A DNA stretch of 9,475 nucleotides from Azolla caroliniana (GCA_043228905.1 JBHGNT010001357.1:1-9475), one strand, 5' to 3'; positions 1-7,589 are shown, numbered from the stretch's first letter. Program-made: numbers and translations. Notes: generated from the letters alone by a model not told the origin.

Positions 1-329
1 AAGTCAGTTTCGACTTTCTGGCCTTTTGCGTATATAGCTAACTTTACTTCGCTCGACTCAAGGATGAACATACGGCCTTCTTGTCTGCCGTGAGCTATGA
101 TTTGATCACCTTTTTCAATGAAGCACCCATCGTTGTTAAAGCGTACCTGCATTCTTTGTTCTACAATCTGGCCGACCGAGACCAGATTTTTCGTGATGGT
201 GGGAACATGCAGTACGTTCTTGAGGTAGGTTTGTTCGTCGTCGTTTCCGAATGGGACATTCCTAATATGTTGTATTGGATGAGTCGTATCATCACCTGTT
301 TCGACATATCTGGAACGTTCGGGCTTCCG
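1..329 (-). pseudogene. Copia pol fragment of element B (protease C-terminal half to start of GAG-pre-integrase), running off the left edge
   Basis: Stop-free frame RKPERSRYVETGDDTTHPIQHIRNVPF..LKNVLHVPTITKNLVSVGQIVEQRMQVRFNNDGCFIEK..GRMFIL..KVETD; homologous to ~8030-8350. Not in the ORF track. Confidence 0.9.
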
Positions 330-452
330 TTGTCGTAGTGTAATTCGTACACTACGTGAAAATTTACATTTTTGGTCTCTCTGGATAGGACATGGAGTAC
401 CCAGTGAGAACCGGAAGAAGGAACCGGTAAGGACCGAAACCGGCAAGGAGAT

Positions 453-607
453 CCGGCAAGAGCCGAATGAAGAAGGCCGGTGAGAGTTGGTGAGAAACGG
501 ACGAAGAAATCGGTAAGGAGGTCTCGGTAAGAACCGGACAAAGAAAACTATCAAGCACCGGATGAAGCAGAACCGGAAAGAGCCGGATGAAGAAGGCCGG
601 TGAGAGT
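453..607 (+). repeat. 35-bp direct repeat (453-487, 573-607) in a purine-rich CCGG-cored degenerate array
   Basis: CCGG(C/A)AAGAGCCG(A/G)ATGAAGAAGGCCGGTGAGAGT, 2 mismatches, 120 bp apart. Confidence 0.85.
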
Positions 608-671
608 CTCACTGGATGAAGAGACGTATTTGTAAATAGAAGAAAGTATAAAAAATATATATTACATGCAT

Positions 672-735
672 AGGGCAAGATTCGAACCTTGCACCTCCAT
701 GTTAATAATGTTAAGCCTTATCATTATAGTAGGGT
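672..735 (-). other. Degenerate tRNA-like / SINE-head-like pol III A-box and B-box relic
   Basis: Minus strand TACTATAATGATAAGG (A-box-like, 716-731) ... GCAAGGTTCGAATCTTGC (B-box 679-688 inside a GCAAG/CTTGC stem) at tRNA-like spacing; no full cloverleaf. Confidence 0.4.
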
Positions 736-948
736 ATTATGAATTTTAAAGTTATACTAAACTTTATTCCATGTAAAATTTCTAGACATGCATGGTACAA
801 AAGTTATTCATGCATAGACACTCGAGTTAAAAAGAAAAGATGAGATAGAAAGCTAATCATGCACATGCAATGTGCATGAAAACTAAAGATAGAAAAAGCA
901 TGATGCTTGCATGGGATAAACTTAGACTCTTCCAACACTATATAAGGA

Positions 949-953
949 AGAGA
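949..953 (+). repeat. 5-bp target-site duplication AGAGA of element A (partner 6173-6177)
   Basis: AGAGA immediately before TG at 954 and immediately after CA at 6172. Confidence 0.93.
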
Positions 954-1135
954 TGTTGGGATTTCGGTCCCTCCGGATGGGATGTCCGGAGATGAATGAC
1001 GGCAAGCCCGGTCGCGGTTACGGAGCCGGATGATGAAGACCCCGGTGAGAGATCCGGATGCGGAGACATATTTGTGAATATGTTTGCCAAGAGCCCTTGA
1101 GGCTATATTTGTAAATAGCCCGAAAGTCATATGTG

Positions 1136-1143
1136 TATAAATA
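1136..1143 (+). promoter_or_regulatory. Putative TATA box of LTR A (copy at 5818-5825)
   Basis: TATAAATA about 180 bp into the LTR, upstream of the GA tract; motif and position only. Confidence 0.65.
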
Positions 1144-1201
1144 TGACTTAGGGCAAACAGTTAAGTCCTTGTTGCTCATTTTTATGAGAAGAAGAGCAGT
1201 C

Positions 1202-1225
1202 GAGAGAGAGAGAGAGAGAGAGAGA
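1202..1225 (+). repeat. (GA)12 microsatellite in the 5' LTR; (GA)11 at 5884-5905 in the 3' LTR
   Basis: Read directly. Confidence 0.95.
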
Positions 1226-1495
1226 CGAAGAGGTCGTTGCCTCTGTGTATTACCGCCGCTTGTGGCGAAGACAGTGAGCTCAAGGTTGTTGCCTTGTAGC
1301 CTCACCATTGTACATCTCTGTTCATAGTGATAGTTGGAGTCTGAGGACTCCCGTGGTTTTTCCCCATTTAGGGTTTTCCACGTAAACATCATGTGTACTC
1401 TCCTCTCTATTGTCTTCGTGCATTTCGTATTTCCTGTTTTCTGTAAGTTAATCCTATTCCTCGGTTGTGGCCGAGAGCACTGTTTTGCAACAAAC

Positions 1496-1507
1496 TGGTA
1501 TCAGAGC
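1496..1507 (+). promoter_or_regulatory. Primer-binding site of element A (initiator tRNA-Met)
   Basis: TGGTATCAGAGC, the standard plant copia PBS, 3 nt downstream of the 5' LTR. Confidence 0.96.
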
Positions 1508-1523
1508 GACGGTAACACAGAAA

Positions 1524-4500
1524 ATGGAAGGCGGCAGCAGCGGGCAGCCGGGGATGATGGTGCTAAATGCGCAGAACTACACCGACTGGAAGATAAAGAT
1601 GGAGGATCTGCTCATTGTTCGGGACCTGTATGAACCGATCGACAGGTCGGAAATACCCAAGGGGGTACTTGAGACGGAGTGGAGGCTTCTGAACCGGAAA
1701 GTCGTTGCAACCATTCGGCAATACGTCGACGTGAGCGTTCTACAACACGTGGCGAACGACACCAACGCATATGAGATGTGGAGGAAGCTGTCGGGCCTCT
1801 ACGAGAGGAAGAATGCGTTGAACCGGACCTCCCTGATGAGAAAGATAGTGAACCTCAAGTACCGGGACGGCGAGAGTATGGTGGAACACGTAAGCACGTT
1901 CATGGGTCTCGTGAACCAGCTTGCGGCGATCAAGTTCCCGTTGGAGGATGCAATGCAAGCCATCATCCTGATGTGTACATTGCCAGACAGCTGGGAGAAC
2001 TTGGTGGTGACTCTCAGCACCTCCTGCGCCGAAGATAACTTGTCCCTACAAACGGTAAAGACAAGTATTTTGAACGAAGAAGCGCGCCGGAGAGATAAAG
2101 AACCGGCCTCTGACTCGAAGGCGCTGCTTACCGAATCGGAACGGGGAAGACAATGGAACCGGAGTCCGCAAAGACGGGAGAAGTCGGGGACCCGGTCGCA
2201 GTCAAGAGGAAGACCCACATGCTTCCACTGTGGGAAGCCGGGGCACTTCCGGAAGAATTGTCGGCATTACCGAAAAGACAACGGAGCTGACGACACCGAT
2301 TCGAAGAAGTCACCGGAGAGAAACGGTGCATACCGGGGAGCCACGGACCGGAGAGGCCCGGATCGGCGAGGGCAGGACCGGAAAGGAACGACGGCACTCG
2401 CGGCAAGTGAAGAAGAGATAATGCTCATTACCGAAGAGAGGGAGCTGAACCTTGCCGGTGAAGAGATGACCTGGGTGGTCGATTCCGGAGCGTCGTTCCA
2501 CCTGACCCCGGAGAAGAAATACTTCTCATCCTACACAGCCGGTGAGCACGGTTGTGTCCGGATGGGAAATGAAGGTACATGCCGGATTGCCGGCATAGGA
2601 GACGTGTGGCTGATGACATCAACCGGATGCAAGATGCTGTTGAAAGATGTTCGACACGTTCCGGAGGTTCGATTGAACCTGATTTCGGCCGGGAGGCTAG
2701 ACGATGAAGGCTACACGGGTAGCATCCGGAACGGTGTCATGAAGTTCAGCAAAGGGAGCCTGATAGTGGCTCGGGCCCGGAAAGACAACACACTGTACCT
2801 GATGAATGCCTGGTTATGTCCGGAAGAGCTGAATGTGGCAGCCGTCACTGCCGGTGAGCTGTGGCACAAGAGACTGTGCCACATGAGTGAGAAGGGGATG
2901 AAGAGGCTTGCAGAAGACAACCTTATTCCAGTGAAGCATGTGCACCTGGAGAAGTGCACCGATTGCCTGGCCGGTAAGCAGAACCGAACCTCCTTCCACT
3001 CAAGGCCACCGACGAGACGTAGTGCACCATTGGAGTTGGTGCACACTGATGTGTGTCAGGTAGAAACGAAGTCACATGGCGGAGCCCAGTACTTCGTGAC
3101 TTTCATTGATGATCACAGCCGGAAGCTGTGGACAGCACCGTTGAAGACAAAGGACCGAGTATTGTCCGTCTTCAAAGAACTCCACGCGAGAGTGGAAAGA
3201 GAATCCGGCAAGAAGCTGAAAGCGATACGAGCGGATAACGGAGGGGAATACCGGGGGCAGTTCCAGGAGTACTGTCGCTCGAAGGGAATCCGGCTCGAGT
3301 TTACTGTGCCGAAGACGCCGGAACTGAACGGGCTGGCCGAGAGGATGAACCGGACCATAATGGAGAGGGTCCGGAGTATGCTGGCGCATGCGAAATTACC
3401 CAAGGGGTTTTGGGCTGAGGCAATGTCGACGGCGACATACGTGATAAACAGATCACCCTCAGTACCTTTGGACGGAGACACGCCTCAGAAAGTGTGGACC
3501 GGTAAGGAAGTGTCCTACCGGCATCTGAAGGTGTTCGGGTGTCTCGCATACGTGCATGTGGCAAAGGACCGGAGAGGAAAGCTAGATCCAAAGACCCGGC
3601 CATGCATATTCCTCGGTTACGGCGACGACGAGTTCGGCTACCGAGTATGGGACCCGGTCGACAAGAAAATATTCAGGAGTCGAGACATCATCTTCATGGA
3701 GGACAGGACACTCGCCGACTGGGAGTCGGAGACGAAGATGAAGAGCTCCAAGTCGACCGGTGAGGATCAACTCTACGAGGAGCAGTCCCGACCGGCAAGG
3801 GACCGGTTAACACTCGAGGATCCGGCCGAAGACTATGAAGAAACAGAACCGGCCGAAGAAGATGAAAATGATACCGGAACCGGCCCCGATCCCGAAATGG
3901 ATTCGGATGAAGAAGAATCGGAAGAACAGGTTACCGAAGCTCCGGAACGGAGATATCCTCTAAGAGAGAGAAGGGCCCCCCGGAGATTTCCGGAACCAGA
4001 GCACGTGCTGCTAACCGACGAAGGGGAGCCGGAGAGCTTTGAAGAAGCAAAGCATGACACCCAGAGCCGCAGGTGGTTGAGTGCCATGCAGGACGAGATG
4101 GATTCCCTGCATGAGAACCACACATATGAACTTGTGGAGTTGCCGAAAGGAAAGCGGGCACTTCGAAACAAGTGGGTGTTCAAGCTGAAACCGGGAGATG
4201 CCGGAAACCCCCCGAGATACAAAGCCAGGATCGTGGTGAAGGGGTTTCAGCAGAAGAAGGGCGTCGACTTCGACGAGATATTCGCCCCGGTAGTGAAGAT
4301 GACCTCCATCCGGACGGTGCTGAGCATAGCGGCAAACATGGACCTCGAGGTAGAACAGATGGACGTGAAGACGGCATTCCTTCACGGTGACCTCGAAGAA
4401 GAGATCTACATGCAGCAACCGGAAGGATTCGAGAAGAAAGGGAAGGAGCACCTGGTATGCCGGTTGAAGAAGAGCCTTTACGGACTGAAGCAGGCTCCCC

Positions 4501-5372
4501 GGCAATGGTACCGGAAGTTCGACTCCTTCATGACCGACGAAGGGTACCACAAAACGCAGTCTGATCACTGCGTGTTTGTGAAGAAGTTCGAAGGAGGAGA
4601 CTTTCTAATACTCCTCCTGTACGTGGACGACATGTTGATCGTCGGACGGGACCAGGTCCAGATACGGATGCTGAAGAAGGCTCTTCACCGAACCTTCTCA
4701 ATGAAGGACTTGGGTCCGGCGAGGCAAATATTAGGGATGCACATCATCCGGGACCGGAAGAAGAAGCAGTTGTGGCTGTCACAGGAGAAGTACGTGACAA
4801 AGGTGCTTCACCGGTTCAACATGTCGGAAGCAAGACCGGTCGGGTCGACCCTCCCGGCAAACTGCAAGTTGTCCAGCAAGCAAAGCCCCAAGACAAAGGC
4901 TGAGAAGGAGGACATGATGAAAGTACCATATGCCTCTGCCGTCGGAAGCTTGATGTACGCAATGGTGTGTACAAGACCGGACATAGGATATGCAGTTGGA
5001 GTGGTGAGCCGGTACATGAGCAATCCCGGCAAAGAACACTGGAACGCGGTAAAGTGGATACTCCGATACCTGAAGGGCACGGCAAACGTGTGCCTCCGAT
5101 TCGGCTCCGGTAAGCCCGAACTCGACGGCTTTACCGATTCGGATATGTCGGCTGATGCAGATACCAGCCGGTTCACATCAGGGTATGTGATGACGTATGC
5201 AGGGGGAGCCGTTTCGTGGCAGTCGAGGCTGCAGAAGACGGTTGCGTTGTCAACCACGGAGGCGGAGTACATGGCAGCTGTTGAAGCCGGCAAGGAAATA
5301 ATATGGATGAAGGACTTCATTAGAGAGCTCGGGATCCGGCAGGAGGAGTACCGACTCTACTGCGATAGTTAG
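1524..5372 (+). CDS. gag-pol: Copia Gag-Pol polyprotein (gag, CCHC knuckle, protease, integrase, RT, RNase H), truncated by a premature TAG; ancestral frame runs to TGA at 5597
   Basis: First ATG after the PBS is 1524 (MEGGSSG..). CFHCGKPGHFRKNC 2220-2261; WVVDSGAS protease Asp 2481; LWHKRLCH..CTDC HHCC finger; integrase D3048/D3234/E3339; GKLDPK; RT LLYVDD (YVDD 4620-4631); RNase H FTDSD 5136, EAEY, YCDS. Confidence 0.95.
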   Translation: MEGGSSGQPGMMVLNAQNYTDWKIKMEDLLIVRDLYEPIDRSEIPKGVLETEWRLLNRKVVATIRQYVDVSVLQHVANDTNAYEMWRKLSGLYERKNALNRTSLMRKIVNLKYRDGESMVEHVSTFMGLVNQLAAIKFPLEDAMQAIILMCTLPDSWENLVVTLSTSCAEDNLSLQTVKTSILNEEARRRDKEPASDSKALLTESERGRQWNRSPQRREKSGTRSQSRGRPTCFHCGKPGHFRKNCRHYRKDNGADDTDSKKSPERNGAYRGATDRRGPDRRGQDRKGTTALAASEEEIMLITEERELNLAGEEMTWVVDSGASFHLTPEKKYFSSYTAGEHGCVRMGNEGTCRIAGIGDVWLMTSTGCKMLLKDVRHVPEVRLNLISAGRLDDEGYTGSIRNGVMKFSKGSLIVARARKDNTLYLMNAWLCPEELNVAAVTAGELWHKRLCHMSEKGMKRLAEDNLIPVKHVHLEKCTDCLAGKQNRTSFHSRPPTRRSAPLELVHTDVCQVETKSHGGAQYFVTFIDDHSRKLWTAPLKTKDRVLSVFKELHARVERESGKKLKAIRADNGGEYRGQFQEYCRSKGIRLEFTVPKTPELNGLAERMNRTIMERVRSMLAHAKLPKGFWAEAMSTATYVINRSPSVPLDGDTPQKVWTGKEVSYRHLKVFGCLAYVHVAKDRRGKLDPKTRPCIFLGYGDDEFGYRVWDPVDKKIFRSRDIIFMEDRTLADWESETKMKSSKSTGEDQLYEEQSRPARDRLTLEDPAEDYEETEPAEEDENDTGTGPDPEMDSDEEESEEQVTEAPERRYPLRERRAPRRFPEPEHVLLTDEGEPESFEEAKHDTQSRRWLSAMQDEMDSLHENHTYELVELPKGKRALRNKWVFKLKPGDAGNPPRYKARIVVKGFQQKKGVDFDEIFAPVVKMTSIRTVLSIAANMDLEVEQMDVKTAFLHGDLEEEIYMQQPEGFEKKGKEHLVCRLKKSLYGLKQAPRQWYRKFDSFMTDEGYHKTQSDHCVFVKKFEGGDFLILLLYVDDMLIVGRDQVQIRMLKKALHRTFSMKDLGPARQILGMHIIRDRKKKQLWLSQEKYVTKVLHRFNMSEARPVGSTLPANCKLSSKQSPKTKAEKEDMMKVPYASAVGSLMYAMVCTRPDIGYAVGVVSRYMSNPGKEHWNAVKWILRYLKGTANVCLRFGSGKPELDGFTDSDMSADADTSRFTSGYVMTYAGGAVSWQSRLQKTVALSTTEAEYMAAVEAGKEIIWMKDFIRELGIRQEEYRLYCDS

Positions 5373-5597
5373 AGCGCCATCCACCTTGCAAAGAACGCGG
5401 CCTACCATTCCCGGACGAAGCACATCCAGCGAAGATATCACTGGATCCGGGAAAGGATAGAAGACAAGGAGTTCGTGCTGACGAAGGTCCACACGGACGA
5501 GAACGGGTCGGATATGCTGACCAAGGTGCTCACACCCGACAAGCTGGAAGCATGCCGGAAGAGGATCGGACTGGAGAGACATCCCATGCCGAAGTGA
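5373..5597 (+). pseudogene. In-frame C-terminal RNase H segment stranded behind the premature stop
   Basis: Translates SAIHLAKNAAYHSRTKHIQRRYHWIRE..VHTDENGSDMLTK..HPMPK*, the normal copia RNase H C-terminus (74 aa), in frame with the upstream ORF. Confidence 0.93.
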
Positions 5598-5605
5598 AGG
5601 GGGAG
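5591..5605 (+). promoter_or_regulatory. Polypurine tract of element A
   Basis: GAAGTGAAGGGGGAG ending 2 nt before the 3' LTR; it overlaps the ancestral TGA stop (5595-5597). Confidence 0.92.
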
Positions 5606-5607
5606 TT

Positions 5608-6172
5608 TGTTGGGATTTCAGTCCCTCCGGATGGGATGTCCGGAGATGAATGACGGCAAGCCCGGTCGCGGTTACGGAGCCGGATGATGAAGACCCCGGT
5701 TACGGAGCCGGATGATGAAGACCCCGGTGAGAGATCCGGATGCGGAGACATATTTGTGAATATGTTTGCCAAGAGCCCTTGAGGCTATATTTGTAAATAG
5801 CCCGAAAGTCATATGTGTATAAATATGACTTAGGGCAAACAGTTAAGTCGTTGTTGCTCATTTTTATGAGAAGAAGAGCAGCCGAGAGAGAGAGAGAGAG
5901 AGAGACGAAGAGGTCGTTGCCTCTGTGTATTACCGCTGCTTGTGGCGAAGACAGTGAGCTCAAGGTTGTTGCCTTGTAGCCTCACCATTGTACATCTCTG
6001 TTCATAGTGATAGTTGGAGTCTGAGGACTCCCGTGGTTTTTCCCCATTTAGGGTTTTCTACGTAAACATCATGTGTACTCTCCTCTCTATTGTCTTCGTG
6101 CATTTCGTATTTCCTGTTTTCTGTAAGTTAATACTATTCCTCGGTTGTGGCCGAGAGCACTGTTTTGCAACA
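5608..6172 (+). repeat. 3' LTR of element A (565 bp)
   Basis: Matches the 5' LTR except 6 substitutions (966/5620, 1168/5850, 1200/5882, 1257/5937, 1379/6059, 1453/6133), an extra 28-bp unit and one fewer GA unit. Confidence 0.97.
5669..5728 (+). repeat. 28-bp tandem duplication present only in the 3' LTR U3
   Basis: CGGTTACGGAGCCGGATGATGAAGACCC x2 followed by CGGT; the 5' LTR has one unit. Confidence 0.95.
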
Positions 6173-6447
6173 AGAGAGAAAGATGTATAGAGGTTGTTGA
6201 TTATTTTACAAGGGTTGATTAATATAATATAATCGTGGGATTCATGAATTTGCTAACTATTTTTTCTCTCTTAATTTGAGTACTCGCTAATACACTAAAC
6301 TCGTGGGATTCACGAGTTTTTCATATCTTTCTTTCTTACAATATATTTCATATTCTTAATTGCCTTAGAATTTTCTTTCCTCCTAGTCCAAAACCCCAGC
6401 GGTTCCCACCCGACTCACGCAACAATCCGGAGCCGTAAGGCACAACA

Positions 6448-7500
6448 TCGTAATTCCTGGAACCAATCTTCATGGGAAGTCATGTGATTGGAAGCTCCCA
6501 AATCGACAAACCATACGTTGTTCGGAGTGGAGGTGGTAGTTGACGCAAGTGCAGACATTGAGTGCGCTTCGTGCTTCATTATGAACATTCCACCATGGTC
6601 GCCGTAGTCGGAGTTTGTGGCGTAATTTGTTAGTTGTCGGCCTTGCTCACACTTCTTCTTCCGACACTGTTCTTCGTAGTGGCCGGGTTTTCCACAATAC
6701 CCACACTCGACTGGGTTTCGTCAATTGCTTGGTCCGGCATTATGACTCCCCCTTCCGCCAAGCTCTCTAGGCTCGTTCCTATCCGCTTGCCACTATTGGG
6801 AGTTACGCCCTTGATTGCGCCGATCATTATGGCCTTGTCCAAAATGACCTTTGTTTCCACGGCCGAAATCTCTTCTATTATACGACTTAGAGTAGAGCAG
6901 ATGACCATCTAATGCGTTGCTCCTCTATCGGGCGTGATTCTCTTCAACCAACAATATCGATTGAAGGTCGAAGAAGGAGGGAGGGTTCTCCCTTGCAAGA
7001 ATGGTTGATCTAATCGCGTTGAAACGCAATGCTAAGCCTCTGAGGCATATCTGCACCAATTCTTCATCATCAATGACGACATTGATTGATCCAAGGGTGT
7101 CACATAGCTCCTTGATCTTCAAGGTATAGCTTGAGATTGACATGTCCCTTTGTTGAAGATTGTTTAGCTCCTGTCGAAGTTGGAGCTTTCGTGCGGCCGT
7201 ATTGGCTGCGAAGATCTTCTTGAGGTTTTCCCACGCCTACTTCGGCGTTTTAGCCTCTCGAATGTAGCCAAGCATATGGTCATGAACGCATGATGTGAGG
7301 CAATACAACACACGGCTTGCGGCCTGCTCCCAAGTGGGATAGTCAGCGTGTGTTGGGTTGGAGTGTGATTCGTGAGCTCCTTCGATGTAGCTCCAGTAGC
7401 CTTGTCCGACAAGATATTGATGCATCTTGTATTCCCAGGATGCGAAGTTCGTTCTGTCAAGCTTCTCGGCAGGAAGTGCGCTTCCCATTTGAGTATTCAT
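6448..7500 (-). pseudogene. Decayed copia gag and protease N-terminus of element B
   Basis: One frame from ATG 7500 (MNTQMGSALPAEKLDRTNFASWEYKM..) through KLQLRQEL, CGYCGKPGHYEEQC (6664-6705) to WFVDLGASNHMTSHEDWFQELR; four in-frame stops by my reading (including 7237-7239 and 6925-6927), no frameshift. Confidence 0.92.
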
Positions 7501-7589
7501 GGTGATTTCTTCTCTATCAATGGGCCGGTTCTGTTGATCATCGGCATGCAGCACAACACAGTCGAAAATGCTTGATCAGGCAGCCACAC

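Larger units (their letters stand above)
954..1492 (+). repeat. 5' LTR of element A (539 bp)
   Basis: Starts TGTTGGG, ends GCAACA; direct repeat of 5608-6172; PBS follows after a 3-nt spacer. Confidence 0.97.
954..6172 (+). mobile_element. Full-length Ty1/copia LTR retrotransposon (element A, 5219 bp), Tnt1/Tto1-like
   Basis: Two near-identical LTRs (TGTTG...CAACA), AGAGA on both flanks (949-953, 6173-6177), PBS, PPT, and gag-PR-IN-RT-RH domain order (integrase before RT = copia). Confidence 0.98.
331..6447 (+). mobile_element. Solo-LTR-like insert S (~893 bp once element A and one TSD copy are removed: 331-953 + 6178-6447)
   Basis: Begins TGTCGT, ends ACAACA (imperfect terminal inverted repeat); flanked by CCGT (327-330) and TCGT (6448-6451); removing it restores the frame of element B; 370-638 has blocks similar to LTR A U3. 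The AT-rich middle may be a further insertion. Confidence 0.75.

Noticed and set aside
405-610. CRISPR-like appearance of the CCGG-cored repeats
   Set aside because: No constant repeat with unique equal-length spacers, no cas genes, and a eukaryotic retroelement context.
81-678. ORFs 81-338 (+), 161-541 (-) and 364-678 (-)
   Set aside because: The true relic frame is the minus-strand pol fragment at 1-329; these ORFs are antisense or off-frame to it, or lie in repetitive LTR-like sequence.
672-735. Functional tRNA gene
   Set aside because: No convincing acceptor or anticodon stems; kept only as a degenerate relic.
1467-1523. ORF-track start of the 1301-aa ORF at 1467
   Set aside because: It is a GTG inside the LTR, upstream of the PBS; ATG 1524 is the plausible eukaryotic start.
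804-1633. Short ORFs over the 5' LTR (and equivalents at 5530-5963 and 7497-7751)
   Set aside because: They read through microsatellites (LSLSLS, RERERE), have no recognisable domain and differ between the LTR copies.
2400-2900. Spliced gag subgenomic RNA as known for some copia elements
   Set aside because: I could not identify convincing donor/acceptor pairs by eye; it needs RNA-seq.
5370-5378. Programmed stop-codon readthrough
   Set aside because: The stop lies mid-RNase H, lacks a known readthrough context and is explained by one C->T change.
1577-5582. Many antisense and alternate-frame ORFs inside gag-pol
   Set aside because: Expected shadows of a GC-rich coding frame; no motifs and no env-like ORF.
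631-6340. Possible terminal inverted repeats TGTAAATAGAAGAAAGTATAAAAAA (631-655) and TTTTTCATATCTTTCTTTCTTACA (6317-6340) of a MITE
   Set aside because: Low-complexity, gapped match with no clear TSD, and the left copy overlaps a block similar to LTR A; not supportable without other copies.
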